Of a DNA stretch of 64,000 nt, positions 29,750 to 48,917 are shown piece after piece. Each line of letters starts with the position of its first letter. Position 1 is the stretch's first letter. The notes beneath the pieces were generated by a model. The model worked only from the letters and a program-made list of their open reading frames with translations. It made no database searches and was not told the origin of the DNA. The position numbers and the translations under genes were made by a program. This DNA comes from the human T2T-CHM13v2.0 reference genome, Homo sapiens: assembly GCF_009914755.1 (NCBI RefSeq), contig NC_060940.1; one strand, 5' to 3'.

Positions 29750-31264
29750 TAGTTATTTTGCTTACTAAAGTCGATTTAGATTTACATTACTCCAAGCAAA
29801 TCTCCATCTTACCTATTTTTTATAAAGGTTTCCATCCAAATTATTATAAGGAAATTACATTTTTATTCCCAGAAAGTTACTGTAGTATAATGAACTATTA
29901 GAACTGTAAAGCAAAGTATCTGAGTTCATCTTGATCCCATATATTGGACTGTCTTCTATAATATTGGACAGTGTATTATATAGTATGCTGTGTAAGTTTG
30001 GATGTATCATTTTTTTTCCCTATGGATTTTCTACTTTTCCTCCCTACTTTCCAGGTTCATGGTGAAAATCAAATGAGAGCATACATAAAATACTTTTTGA
30101 ATTTTTAAATACAATGTTATTAGGGTATTATTATTACTATTATTATTGAACTAAGATGGCCCAAACACTCTCTTGACAGCTAAGAAGACACTCAAAGGAA
30201 AAAAGAAATATATATACACATTTTTTTTCTTAACTCAATCATATCTCAGTCTTAGGCTTCTTCAGTTATTCAGCAGACAGGCTTTCTTGCTTTTGTTGTC
30301 ATTTTATTGCCTGCGAGTGCCTATTGTCTCTATTCAAACCTGGGAAATACACATGAAGTTATGACAAGTACATGAAGTTAGGCGATAATAAGTTTTACAT
30401 GTGTTTCCCTTATGTGAAATAGCATCCTTACCTCCTTAAGTGGGGAATGATTTCCCAGCCTTGGAGATATCCTGCCAGGTGTTTATTACGGCTCCACGCG
30501 AGTTCCAAACCCTATGACAAGAAATGCAAATTGAAGTATTTATGTCATTGGTTTGTGGGGCAGCCCACAGAGAAATAAAAATGTGTTTGTAAACTCTCAA
30601 CATAGGTAGGCATTTTTGAAAGCCTCCAGATCTGACAGAATGAGTTCCAACTAAGAGTGTGGTATTGTTTATTACAACTTTGAGTGGCAGTCAAATATAT
30701 TAAATCCATTCCAAAGATTGTAAAATGCATTAGCATTAGCAATTTAATACTGTCAACAAATTTAACTGTCACTCAGGAGCTTATCTTCCCTTGTTGTAAA
30801 AAAAAAATAGCCAAAAATGAAACTCCTTTCTTGATGGACAATAATGTTCAAGGAGACAAAAGCTTTTCCATGTACACATCCACACACAGGAAGGATAGAC
30901 TGCATTTAGTAAAATTAAGTGGCACAAAATTAATATAGGCATTTGGCTATGGCTGGACAACTTGAAGCCTTAAAAAATAGTTTGACAAAATGATTAACTG
31001 GTCACCACCTACTACTCAGGAAATCTGGCTCATAAAAATGCATGGGAGATGTCTCTCCAGGAGAAAATGATCTTCCAGCATCCATACGCACCTGTCAACA
31101 TAGTACTTCTTCCATTAATGGGGACGTTTATGAAGTATTCTTAATAGCATGGTAAATGTTACTGCTCTGATATTAATTGAAAAAGAGCAGAACATAAAAT
31201 TCCGTATAAAATATAATAACAATAATATTAGTAAATTATTATCAAAAGCCTATAAAGGACGACT

Positions 31265-31660
31265 CACCAGCATTGAGCATTATTTGCCAGACATCGGAAT
31301 AAGCACTTCATTTATTCCATATTAGCCTTTCAGACAGGTTTGTGAGATCCATTTTTAGGCGGAGAAACTGAGGCTCAGAGAGTAAAAGTAACTTGCTTAA
31401 GAGCTCCCAGCTCCTAAATGACAAAGCCAGGCTTTGATATGAAGTCTATTAATTCTGTTAATTACAAACACTCTGCTAGGTTATCTGAGACATGCTACTT
31501 TAGTATGCCAGGAGTCTTGCATGCATTATAGACATTAATTCTCACAATCACAATACAGTAAAAAAAAATTTTTCCCATTATACAGATGAGATATCTATAA
31601 TGATAAAAATAAGTAACTAGCAAAATTCTCACAGAGCCACAATACTCCCTAATCATATCA
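31265..31660 (-). mobile_element. Two tandem MIRs
   Basis: ggagaaactgaggctcagagagtaaaagtaacttgc and cccattatacagatgag cores. Confidence 0.7.
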
Positions 31661-32304
31661 TTATTTCTCAACGAGACTTGCAAAAGAAAAAATGTTACCC
31701 GTGAATATCATTTGGAGAATAGATTAAGGTTATTTATTTATTATAGTGTTTAAAATTTTTAAGCAGGGAGTGCGTGTGTGGATAGACAGAGAGAAAGAAA
31801 GAGGGTAAATATTATCTGCTTAGCAACTTGTCAATCATATGCATAGTCAGAATAATCTGGCTATTCAACAGCTGAATGAGAAGTAGAAAAGCTAATCCTT
31901 CCCATAATCCTCATGCTCACCACCTGGAATGTTTTGGTTTATTTTGCGCTCCTTCTACCCCAGCCTACCTTCTGGATCCTGTGAAAGTTAATGCTGCATT
32001 CTTGCTTCCCAGTGTTTTCCACGTGCATGGAAGCTCCTGTATCTTGTATACCGGGAATAGATATACATTGAGGCATATTTTAAATTGAAAGCAGCCACCT
32101 TGTTTTTTACTCAAACCTAATTGTCATACATAATTTGAGCTAACACATGCAAATCTCCTAGCACAAATTTCTGGACTGTAATAAGCAATCAACAAATTGT
32201 AATTTTCTTTCTTGATTCCCAAAAGTTCCTCCTCAACAAAATCTAAGAAGCCTTATAAGGATTTCCTCTCTGTAAGAAGAAAAAAATCCTCAAGCTTGCC
32301 TTTG

Positions 32305-34435
32305 TTTTTACTTTTAATAATAGTAATTTATAAGGAATAATTTTGAATATATACAAAAGTAGAGAATAGAGTCTAATAATCCTAATAAGCCCACACCTAT
32401 CTTGCTTCATGTGTATCTTATCTACCCCAGTATCCCCCACCCATAATATTTTGAAGCAAATATCTTCTTATAAATATTTTAATATGAATTTCTAGAGATA
32501 AGATTAAGAAAAAAATTGTCATAACATCATCACATTTACAAATAAGATTAATTCCTTAATATAATCAGTATCCAATTGAAACTCACATTTCCTGATTTTT
32601 AAAGATTTAGCCATTTGAATCATTACCTAATAAGGTCTATATATTATTAGACTTTATTCGATGTCTTCTACATCTTTTATTCTCTTCATTTATAGGCTTC
32701 CCTGAATCTGTTGTTCTCACAAATTTTTGTTACAGAAATTAAGCTGTAGTCTTGTAGATTTTTCCACAAGCCATACACTTACTGCCGATATTTCTCTAGC
32801 ATTATTTAGTGATCCTCTTTCCCTTGTATTAGCCCTAATCATATGAAATTACTAATATTCAACTGGCCCTAATTTACAAAATGGCGATTTTAAGTGGTTC
32901 AACCTAGTATTTCTTGAAAATTGGCAGTTAGGTCTAGACTAGACCTAGTCTGCCTTTGATAGCTTGCCTGCTTTCAAATATGACAAGATGTTCCAGGCTC
33001 ATATTTTATAGGCCCTGCCCGAGATTGGCAGTCAGGATTTCTTTAAGTGTTGATTTCTTCTTAGGAAATGGTAATTAGCGATCAGTTTAGATACCATGAG
33101 TGCATTCTGGTATTTTAAGTTGGTTCTTCTTTCTGGGACTTTTCAATGCACCAAGATACTGTATTTTATAATTTTAAGGTAAAATGCATAATGAGCTCAT
33201 ACTAATACTTTCAAATAAAATTCAGGCTTTTACTTAATCTCCTTCATCTTATATCATATTGCTATTTAATCATGGCAAAAATTCCAATTAACAACGTTAC
33301 TCATTTTCTTTATGCTCTATCATGTTTAACAATACCAACAGTAGCACTAAAAATCCGATTACTGAAAAGTTTGTTTGATTCTCTTATTTATCTATTTACT
33401 TGCAGTTCTTTATATTGAGAAGATTATATCCTACTAGGATGTGCAGGAAAATTAGCATTTTATAGTTCTTTGGAACAACTTTCTAGGTGGTTGTGCTGAC
33501 AACTGAATACATAATAAGATCATTATTCCATGCCACTTTTATTTCTTATGAGTTGCTTTTTAATTTTTGGAAAATAGTTACATAAAAAATGTGTATAGTT
33601 CAAAATTCAAGTCTACTAAACAAGGTAGATACATAAACGTCTGGATTCTATCTTTGTTTTCTCGATCCTTCTCCCTCCCTTTGCTTAAAAGCAGCCCTTT
33701 TATTTTGCAGTTTATTGTCCCATTGCCTTTTCTTGAGATGAAAGATAATATATGAATTAGTGTGGTAGCATAGTAACACATTCCCTCCATCTTGATTCTC
33801 TTTTTACTTAACAATGTACCCTAAAGAATACTCCATTGTTGTTTACAGCCATATTCCTCATTTCTTTCTACAGGTGCATAATACACTGTGTGCCAGTATC
33901 CTATTTATACATTTGCTGCAACTGATAGCCTTGTTTATATGTCTTTTTAATATGTTGCCACTGTATCTTTGGGATAGATTCCTAGAACTGTAATTGTTTC
34001 ATCAAATAGTAAATGAATATGTAATTTTTTCTAGGTATTGCCAAATTTCCTTCCCCAAGAGTTTTAGCATTTTGCATTACCATCAGCAATGTAGGAAAAG
34101 TCTGCTTTCCCACAGCTTTGCCAGACTGTGTTGTCAAACTTCTGGAATTGTGCTGATCTGATAGTTAGAATAGCTATCCTAGCAAAGTGTTAATATGCAC
34201 TTCTCTTTCTATGAGTAACGTTGAGCATCTTTTCAAATGGTTGAGAGGCATTTGTGCTTCTTTTTATTTGAACTGTCCAAGTTTTTATAGCACTGCTAGC
34301 ATTTTTCTTCTCTATTCTTGAGGTGCTCTTTGTATATCTGGGATATGAATACTTCATGAAATAAGTGGCAAATAGTTTCTCCCACTGTGTTATTTGGCTT
34401 TTTACTTTGCTTATGTCATTTTAATTAATTAAATT
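32305..34435 (-). mobile_element. Old L1MC/L1ME 3' region
   Basis: atatacaaaagtagagaatag; tgacaagatgttccaggctcat; ggatagattcctagaactgtaattg; gttgagcatcttttcaaatggtt. Confidence 0.75.
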
Positions 34436-36119
34436 TTTCGGTCATCTCATCTTTTAAAAGCTGGTTTCTTTCATTGGCTCTGATGAAAACTAGTTTCTTA
34501 ATCTCTTGGGACTCTTTTAAGGGTTGGTTTGAATCCCTTCCAGCCCAACATTATAAACAGAGATTCTATTTGCTTTGTGTCCATATTCAATGAGGGTAAG
34601 CTGAGATTTATAGAATGTTTTCCACGTGAGACACTTTGTGCTTCCAGACACTTAATTAAAACCAAAAAAGGTTATGATATCTTCTCTGGCTTTCCCATTA
34701 CCCATATAAAGTGATGCGATTGGCATCTGACAATTTAAGGATTTGATATTAATTATTTAAGCTTCCCAAAGAATGTGCTATTCCTTCGTAGCTATGCATA
34801 ATAATTTTGCTGTAAAAAAAGTGGAATGTCACATGGAGGAGGATTACCTGTGTTACCTGTGGGGCTAATGTTGCTGAACAATGCTAACAGAGATCTGTGC
34901 ATGTCACCCATGGGAAGAAAATAGTCCTGAGATTTCCAGCTAATCTTGAGCAATGAATTATCACCCATAATTTTTTTCCTTGGGTGGGTATATTTTTATT
35001 GCTAATTATCTTTATAATGTCATAATCTGATGGCACTGAGTTTCATATTTTGCTTCTCCTTTGCAAATAATTTATTTTTGTATTTGGAATTAAGTATGCA
35101 CAATATGAAAGCACAATTAATTGATCACACGGCAAAATATACACATAGTTCCCTTTTAGTTTGACAATAAAAATATTAAAAAGACTTCATTAATTATCTA
35201 CAAACAAAACACTGTACACATTTAAATGACATAAATTTCTCTATCCCCTGTCTCTATCTTATAAAAATAATTTGAAATCTAGTTAGACAGATAAATTATA
35301 TGTTGTTGTTTCAGACATATGTCTTTAGACATCTTAATAGGCAAACTAAAAGGGATATTTACTATCTTAACATTTTGAAATTAGACAATTTTTGATTTTG
35401 CAATTAAGTACATCTTTCAAAACAAATATGAGAAAACTAGTTTTGGTTTTTAGCCTGATAATAATAATGCTAAACATTATAAAGGTAATTTGCAGCTTTC
35501 ATGAAGGCACTTTATGTATTTGACCATGTTTTCCTGAGACTGAGATTGCTAAATCATTGAAGCAGCTTTTTCATAGAGCCTGAAACATTCACATGTAAAA
35601 GTCTGATCCTACATCCACCATTTTCAAGAGAAAGTATGTTTTGTACTTCTTACTATGATGACTGTGACTTAAAGAAACACAAACAGGAATATTAGACATA
35701 TTGGTTAGAAATTTGATTTGTTCTGAACTTGGTGATTTATTTGTTTGATCTGAGGCAAACTAGGTGTTTGATATTTTTTTTTTTTTTTTTTCTTTTTCTC
35801 CAATTCATCTAGCTAAATGAGGACTGTTTCAAGTGGTTAAGTAGAGTCTTTGTGTTTTTGCCTTTTAGGCTCATCTTAATTTATTAAAAGGGTAACTGAT
35901 TATGATTTTTTACTTATGTTGCTGTTTCCTTTTGATTTATTATTTACTGTGCCATCTAAAATTTTTAAAAAAAATATGCTTTCATAAGGCTATTGGTTTC
36001 CATAATATTTAATAATGTAGGTATAGGTCTCAGATATTTGTGATGCCCAAAATTAACAATTTATTGTATCATTTTTACTATGGAAGTAACCAGTAAATAT
36101 CAATAATGTTTTTCTGGTA

Positions 36120-36335
36120 AGAAATTCATATAGAGATAACTCCTATTCTGAACACTGTACTGTATATTTGTCTTATTATATTTAATCTTTACAAGGACCC
36201 TATGAATTTTCCCAGTTTTCATTTGCACAAACTAAGTCTCAGAAATTAACCAAGTTTACACTCCTATTAAATAGACAAGTTAGGAATTGGCTGCATAAAG
36301 TTTAGTTCCAGAGTCTATGACTTAACTAACACAGA
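36120..36335 (-). mobile_element. MIR
   Basis: tatttaatctttacaaggaccctatg...aaactaagtctcaga. Confidence 0.55.
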
Positions 36336-38117
36336 GACCACATTACTTTACTTTGAATCAATTAGTCCATTTCCCCATCACATTTGAAATGAAATGCGTG
36401 TTTAAATTTTAAAAATTTGTGAAGATATTCTGTTGTGGATTATCACCACATATCAACGTCATTCAAAAAGTCAATCTATTGATAATGACCATGGTTGTGA
36501 CCAGGATAAATTAAGATCTACTGACTATAAGATATATTTTGCCAGAATGAACTCCATTAAAATTAATTTTCAATGAGTAGAAAGATGAGGATGGGTTTAT
36601 TTTTAGATTTAAAGGAAGCAGTCAGACTCCAAATCTCAAAATAATATCACTGTAAAATTGGAATTTCTATAATGAAAACATTTGCTAAGATTTGCATTTA
36701 ATTCAGTATTTCAATAGCAGGTTATATGGTAATCAAAATTCCACAGGAAATGATGTGAATTTCACTAAACTGGTAGTGGAAACTTTTGGAGAGGTGACGT
36801 CTCTGCTTTGTTCATTATTCTGCCTCCAATGTTTTGCACAATGGCTGTCTTGTTATAAGAACTTAGCTGAATCCAAGTAAGTAATTGATATATTATTAAT
36901 AATTGATCATTAATCATCATCTTTAACTCTAGTCCAGCAGCTCCCTGGCTTCTGATCATTTTTGTTATTCCTACTGGGATCATTCCTTGGGCTACATTCA
37001 TGGTCCTGTTAGATTTTCCCTTCACTCTGATCCTCAGAATTTTCTAGGACAGAGGTTTTATTTAATCCTTTGGGGCTTTCTAGTTCTAAACTTTGAATGA
37101 CCATTTATGCCTCTGGAAATATCAGCCTAATATTAGTACCCTGACCAGAAGCCCTGCTAGGTTCACTCCTACAAAATATCAGAGACTATCAGAAAGAACT
37201 TGACAACTACAAAGAACTATACAAGGAATGTCTACTTGCAAACCAGAAAAGCCACTGCTAGTCTGGGTTGTTTTCTGCGTTTTTTTCCCCTAACTATGAA
37301 AACCTTATTTAATAGAGTTAAATGACACTACTTAACTCACAGTGAAATGTATTGATTTTCTCTGCTTCTGCAAAGGTGACCTCTAGGCAATGGTAGACTC
37401 CAAATTACAGCAAGGCAAACAAGTATTATAGGTTTAACTCAGCAGTTTGAAACCTATCAGCCAGTTAATTCCCACCTCTCTTTACAGTCCATTAAATAGT
37501 CTATTTTTAATTGAAGTTATAATATTTATTTTCTCATTCTCACCTGTTTGGGTATGCTACATTTCTTTGGTAATTTCTCTAGAGATTTTTGCTTGGATTA
37601 AATTTTTTTTTCCATTATCCTCAGTACATTTGTCCTTTTTTCAAGTGTGTTTGGAATCAATTGTCTAGAATTTAGAATAAACTCTTTTGAAAAATGGAAA
37701 AGACCTCATAACTCTAAGTGAGGCAAACAAACCAAACCCTTCATTGTTCAGTACAGGAAATAGAAACATCCTTGCTATGGAGGAGAAAGTTAGTATAACT
37801 AAAATATCTGATCCTAAGTTTCAACTCACGTAATTAAAATGTGAGGATTTACTTGTTCTCACTGTCAAAAGTATTAGAATGAAATGACTATCCAGACTGT
37901 TAAAAAAAAAATTATGAGTGATGACTGAATATTTGTAAAATACAATGCACTGTATACATTTGTTCTTAATCATAGATCTAATAATTAATTTCTACCTCTA
38001 ATACTACTTAAAGTAAGAAATTTTGTTTTGGTGTATTTTATAATCAGAATTTCAGCTTTGAGTGTGATTTGTAACTACAAAGAAGAAATTACGTTTAGGC
38101 TGATTTTTATTGTAATA

Positions 38118-39441
<1,324 letters not shown>

Positions 39442-40639
39442 TAACATAAAAATATTTAGTTAATTGAATTAATCCAGTTTCTAAACGGAGAGTCATGCAA
39501 TATGTTGTAATATGGAATGACACTAATACAGTGTTAGAAGTATTACTCATTTATTTGGCAAGCCTTTCTTCAGTTTTTCCTGTAAGCCAAGACCTATCTC
39601 TTGTTCTTCAACACTTAGAATTCAATGTGCAAGCAGACAGACTGGCTTCTACCCCCAAAGTTCTGAGCCTTGGCAACCTCTTCATTAGTAAAACAGCTAT
39701 ATAATCATCATCTTTTATAATTATATACTGTGTTCTAGTTTTTAATGTGAATTCGCACCTGTTGTCTCATTTTATTATTACTTGGCGTTCAAGCACCTTA
39801 TACACAGGCCATTACTGAATACAATCCTGGATGGTTAGCAGGGGATAGGATAAATGAAAATATGAATAAAAATAAAATAAGAATAAATAATTGACCAAAA
39901 CAATCCCTCCTGATAAGTCAGAAGTAGTGTACAGATTCCTTGGGTTTTTCCTGTTTTGTAGTTTCCAGAAATTTCCAAATAGGAAATTTACTTTATATTG
40001 ATCTGGTGTTATCCATGTTTTCATTTTTGTAATTAACCTCACTGATATAACTCCTTTTTATATTAGGTGTATTATTTTAAATACTGTATACTTTGGATAG
40101 TTACCCATGCAGACATGTCAATTTGCTTGGAAATTTCTTGTTTTTCTTTTTTTATTTATTAGCATCATTCTGACTTTAATTTTTGACATAATTCATAGAA
40201 AGAGGTCATTGAAACATTCATTATGTAATGAATAAGGGAAGCAATGAACATTTAGCTTTATATATATATAATTTATAATTTTTACATACTGCCTCCTTTT
40301 ATTCCATAATATTTCTGTATGTGGTATATTAACTTTTTTTCAGTGTCTTATGGCCATTTAAATCAAATAGCACTGATATATCTATGTTTAGTAGCATGTA
40401 TTTGAATGTTTAATACATATATTTGAAAATTTGAGTGAAGAAGTTAGAATCTGGTTTCAAAGCAAATATTTAAAGTGATGGTTTCTGGGAATAATTAATT
40501 TTTAAAAAGACTATCAAATATGTCAGTTATAAATAAATTGCAGCTTTGGAGACAATGAGGTGTTTGTATTATAATACAAATACTTTGAAATATTCCTAAC
40601 TAAAAATAAATATTAGAGATAAGTTGTTAATATAAGTAT

Positions 40640-40830
40640 GGCTGTAGTGTGGATTGCTAAAAAGGGAACTGGATTAGCTGTCAGGAGACCTGGTTTCTCA
40701 GGTTTGTTCATCCCTTGATTTTAGGCAAGTCATGGGAGTTCTCCAGGCATCAGTTTTTTTAATCCAAAAATCAGGATTTAATAAATACACTATGATTCTT
40801 ATCTAGTTCATTTAGTGCATTATTCAATGA
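40640..40830 (+). mobile_element. MIR3/MIRc fragment
   Basis: gaactggattagctgtcaggagacctggtttc...ttaggcaagtca. Confidence 0.6.
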
Positions 40831-40969
40831 TCCCCACATTAAATGTTAAGTAGTGGTTATAATAGTAAATTCTCATACATTGAGAGAAAAATAATATGTG
40901 CAATACTAGACCAAAAATATGTGGACTACTAAACCATCAATGACTATTGGAAAAATGCAAAAATTATTA

Positions 40970-41469
40970 TGATATATTGCAGAAATAACCATAAATTATC
41001 ATCCTCCCTGTAATAATGACTTTACAGTGTGACTTCCCAGATCCTACTTTAAAAGGTCAAGTCTATTTTCCAATTTCTTGAATTTGTGCTGGTTGTGTGA
41101 CTTGCTCCAGTCAACACAATGCAGTAGAAGCAGCATTGTACCAGTTGAGAGTTTAAGCTCCAAAAGGTCTTGCAAATTTCTAGCCTCTCTATTGCAACTC
41201 TGAGAAGAACCCCAGGCTGCAGCATGGATGAATGGCCATATTGATCAGATAGTAATCATCCCAACCATGTGTGCACGCCCAGCCCAAATTGGCACAGGTA
41301 CCCAAGCTGCTGACTGCAGATGCCTGAGCGAGCCCAGCAGAGACCAGAAGAACCACCTCACTTCACCAAGCCTAAAATTCTAACCCCAAAATAATGAGCT
41401 GAATATATATTTTTAATAAACCACTACACTTTGAGATGTTTTTCTATGCCGCAAAAGATAACTGGTGCA
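40970..41469 (+). mobile_element. MLT1G/H-type MaLR solo LTR
   Basis: gctgactgcagatgcctgagcgagcccagcagagaccagaagaaccacc; end gcaaaagataactggtgca. Confidence 0.75.
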
Positions 41470-41665
41470 GCTATGAAGTCCTAATTTCTCCCAAATACAA
41501 TAAAAGTTACTGTAGAATAGATACAGATATTAGATGGAATCATATTTTGCCCTCAATATTTTATATCTGGTCACTGTTATAAAAAAGTGATCTCCATAGT
41601 ATAAGAAAGTGGTAACATTCTATAAGAAGGAAACAAGATAGGAGAAGGAAAGTCATAGAGTAAGA

Positions 41666-41885
41666 CTGTGTGGTGACAAAAGTTAATAAGTACATGTTGT
41701 ATACTTTAAAATTACTATAAGAGTAGATTTTAAATGCTGTCACCACAATAAATAAGTAGATGAGATGATGGATATGCTAATTATTTTGATTTAATCATCT
41801 TACAATGTATACATGTATGAAAACATCACATTGTAGTCCATAAATCTCTACAATTATTATTATTAATTAAAAATAAAATAAAAAA
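41666..41885 (+). mobile_element. L1MA 3' end with polyA
   Basis: taagagtagattttaaatg...gagatgatggatatgctaatt...aacatcacattgta. Confidence 0.85.
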
Positions 41886-42384
41886 CCGAGCCCAACAAAC
41901 AAAATTGTTGAAATAAAGATTGTTCCTATTACTAGGCCAGATTACTTCTTTTTCTATTGCTGGAAAATAGAGGAAATACTCAATTTATTGAGACAAAATA
42001 AGTCAACTCCTTGCTACTCTTAAATACTTCTTTCTTGCTTCAGTCTTGCTGACTTTTATTTCCAGTAGTCCTCCAAGATGATTTATTACAAAATGTTGTG
42101 TGGTTATATATTATCGTGTATGACAAATGTGATTTGTTTTGAATTTTTGTTGCTTTTATAATTAGGAAGAGAACTTATATCTCTGTTAGTGTAATTCAAT
42201 TTTGTGGACATGACTTGACAGGAACTATCTTTCCCATGCTACAAAGTTAAATAACAGATTGCATAAAACTGTGAAAAGTAAAAGCTCTTTCAACATATTA
42301 GTGAGAAAATATTCCATGAGCCAAGAAGAGCATATACATTTTAATATAATACACATGTAATCTGGGTTTTTCTAAAATTATTTC

Positions 42385-42557
42385 ATATCTAATAACTGTT
42401 CTGTTATACTCACATAATATATTTTATGATCATCAGACAATGTGTGATGTTTTTGTTTGGAAAGATATAGCCATTGTATATTAACTATTATGTAACATTA
42501 AGATGAATATATTTGCATCAAAGAAAAATATTTTTTAAAATGGAAATGTTGATAGGT
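42385..42557 (+). repeat. Left copy of a ~170-bp direct repeat flanking the ERV-L
   Basis: Aligns with 46408-46592. Confidence 0.85.
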
Positions 42558-43032
42558 TATATTGGTATAGATTCTCCAGAGAAATGGAATCAATAGGAGA
42601 TTTGGAAATTGGTTAATGTAATCAAAAAAGTTTCATCATCTGCTTTTTCCAAGCTGGAGAATCAGGTAAGCCAGTGCAATTTCGTATAAGTCCAAAGACC
42701 TGAGAACTGGGTTGGGCCGCTGGTTTAAGTCCCAGATTTCAAAAGCTTGAAAACCAGGATCTCTGTTATCTTGGGGCAGGAGAAGATGGATGCACCAGCT
42801 AAAGAGGAGGGAATAAATTTACTTTTCCTCCACCTTTTTGTCCTAAGAGTGCCTCAGTGGAATCTATGATGTCTGCCTATATTGGTGAGGGTGATCTTCT
42901 TTACTCAGTCGGCCAATTCAAATGCTAATCTCTTTTGGAAACACCCTCACAGATACACCTGGAAATAATGTTTTGTTAGCTATCTAGATATCCCTTACCC
43001 CTGTCAAATTTATATGTATATTAACCATCTGA
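42558..43032 (-). mobile_element. MLT2B-type (ERV-L) 3' LTR
   Basis: ttctccagagaaatggaatcaatagga...aaatgctaatctcttttggaaacaccctcacagatacacc...ttaaccatc. Confidence 0.9.
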
Positions 43033-46407
<3,375 letters not shown>

Positions 46408-46592
46408 TACATCTAGAAATCTTCTGGAACTTATTATACTATTACACTTATTAATATGTTTTATTATTGTCAGACAATATGTGTTGTTGCTGTTTGGAAA
46501 GACAAAGACATTTTATATTTACTATATAACATTAAGATGAATACATGTATATCAAAGAAAAATATTTTTTTGAAATAAAGATATTGAAAGGC
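46408..46592 (+). repeat. Right copy of the ~170-bp direct repeat
   Basis: Aligns with 42385-42557. Confidence 0.85.
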
Positions 46593-46649
46593 AATAAGAT
46601 ATTCAGGGGAAAAGCTTAAAAATTAGCTTTGTGTTTGAGATGTAAATGA

Positions 46650-47150
46650 TGCTTTACTTAACTACGGAATGGGACTCAATGCCACCTCCTGGGAAGTCAG
46701 TATGGAGGATAGGGAAGGGTGAAGAAGAGGAAGGTAAAAAAAAAAAAAAGGAGAGAGAAGAGAAGATTCTGAGATTAAAATATTAGAAGGAAAATGTAGA
46801 GAGAGGTCTGACAAGTAGTGACCACTGAGACAGGTTCAGTGGTGTAAGTAGATATGCAACTCAGAAAGAAGGAGAATGGGAAGGAATTGAAGACAAGGTG
46901 GAATGGCAGAAGTGAAAATGAAGAGAGTAGGACATTCTTTACTGGGGTTTGGTTATAAAAGGGAAAACAAAAAGATTAGCAAGCTGGAGGAGAAAGTAGT
47001 TTCGAAAGAAGTTTTAGTTTGGTTATTTTTAAAGGTGGAAGGTGTCAATGTCTTTATTTGCTAATAGAAGGATGAGAGAGAGAAAACTAAATTATACAGG
47101 AGAAAAAGGGGGTCATTTAGCAAGAAAATCATGGTTTAGATGAGAGCAGA
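46650..47150 (-). mobile_element. Degenerate L2 fragment
   Basis: Purine-rich L2-like sequence (gagacaggttcagtgg, agcaagctggaggagaaagtag). Confidence 0.45.
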
Positions 47151-48184
47151 CAGGTTCTGGAATCATAAACTTTGCCAGTCGTTCTGCCAAGTCACTGAGC
47201 CCTTTACAGGACTGCACGGTATCTTTGAGGGGCCTTCTAGTTGTGATTCCCCAGTGCATTAGGTAGTGTCATTCTAAGGGGCAAAATGTCTCCTTAATAA
47301 AAATAATAGCACCAGGAAGGGTGCACAGGCATTAGTCCTTTCTGCCTACACATTCAAAGAGACTTTTATTTATAATTTTTCTTCAAAATTTGCATTTTCT
47401 CCTTTCTAAAAAAAAAAAAAACCTCTGTTAGGTAACAAATGTGTTTTTAGAATATTCTTAACTTAAAATTTTTTGTGTGTGTTATTGAGTACTTTAAGAT
47501 TGTGGCTATAACAAATCATTACCTTAAAGGGTTTTATCATCAAATCTAGAGTGAATCTAAGGGAAAAAAGGAAGAAGAAGAGGATATAATACAAAAATCA
47601 GATGTCTTTTTAGATCAATGATCAAAGGCTGTGTTTTGACGCTTTTGAAAATATGAGTTGTTATTACTCATTCTCTCATAGTTGGTATTTTTGCTCCATA
47701 AAATACCTACTGTTTCTTAGACATAACACAAACATTTTATTGACTATTTGAACATTATGAATAAAAGTGACTCATTTGGCCTAAAAACATCTAATTTAGT
47801 TTTGATTTTCCCCCCTTCATTTTCCAAAAGTCTGTAACTTTTTTTTTGTTTTAAATAATCTCATCTCCATTTTTCGCTAATATCTTGAAAGTGAATCACA
47901 TTCTCTATTTGTCTTTTTATATACTTCAGCTTTGAAATCTATGTTATAATCTAAAAAAATAGTTATGATAACCAAGTTTTAAAATTTGGATAAGAAAACG
48001 TTCTCAAGTTTACAGTTAATATCCCTGACGATGGAATTTCCATTAGGTGAGGTCCAAGGAAATGGGTGGATAAGAAAAACCCTTCAATGGTAGTGGCTCT
48101 GAGAGTCAGAATATGTAAATATGTAATTTCACAGTAAAAAAAAAAAAAGTTTTTGTGAGCATTCCGTGCATTGAACAGTATTTT

Positions 48185-48310
48185 CTAGAGTCACAGAATG
48201 TTAGAGATAAAAGGAATCTTAATGATTACTTATCTCCTTCAGTAGATAAGGAAACTGAGAACTAAGGAGTTCAGCGACTTTCACAAGATTACATATCTGG
48301 CTTAGGATGA
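48185..48310 (-). mobile_element. MIR3/MIR fragment
   Basis: agtcacagaatgttagag...agataaggaaactgagaact. Confidence 0.65.
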
Positions 48311-48637
48311 TTCTCCAGAAGGATGATGTTTTTACATAGAATTATTGTTTTAATGTCAGCAAGCAGGGTGAAAACCACCCTCAAAAAGCCTTTAAATCAC
48401 TCATAAACTACAACATAGAACAAAGCATCTGCAAGTGGGTCAAGTAGAGCATTTTTCTCTTTTTCTTTTTTTTAGAATGGAAACATTACTTTCTCTCCTA
48501 CTGAATCCCAAGGGAAGCAGTCATCTTGTTTCCAAAGGGCTGCATTGTACGTAAAAAAATTATACAAAATATCTGGGAAGTGAGACCAACTGAGGGGATA
48601 GTCCTGTTATGTTCTCTGGGTTAAGATGTGGGTTGAA

Positions 48638-48917
48638 ATAAATCCACTCATTTGCCGTTAATTGATTTTTGACAAAGATGCTGAGAACACACAATGGGGA
48701 AAGGATAGTCATCAATAAATGCTGGTGAGAAAACTGGATATCCACATGCAGAAGAATGAATTAGACCCTTATCTCATAAGACGTTAAAAATAATCTGAAA
48801 CTGTTAAATGACTAGAAGAAAACATAGGGGAAAATCTTCATGATGTTGGTCTGGGCAAAGATTTTATGGACATGACCCTTAAAGCACAGTCAACAATAGC
48901 AAAAACAAAACAAAACA
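48638..48917 (+). mobile_element. Old L1M ORF2 fragment
   Basis: ttgatttttgacaaagatgc...aactggatatccacatgcagaagaatgaa. Confidence 0.85.
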
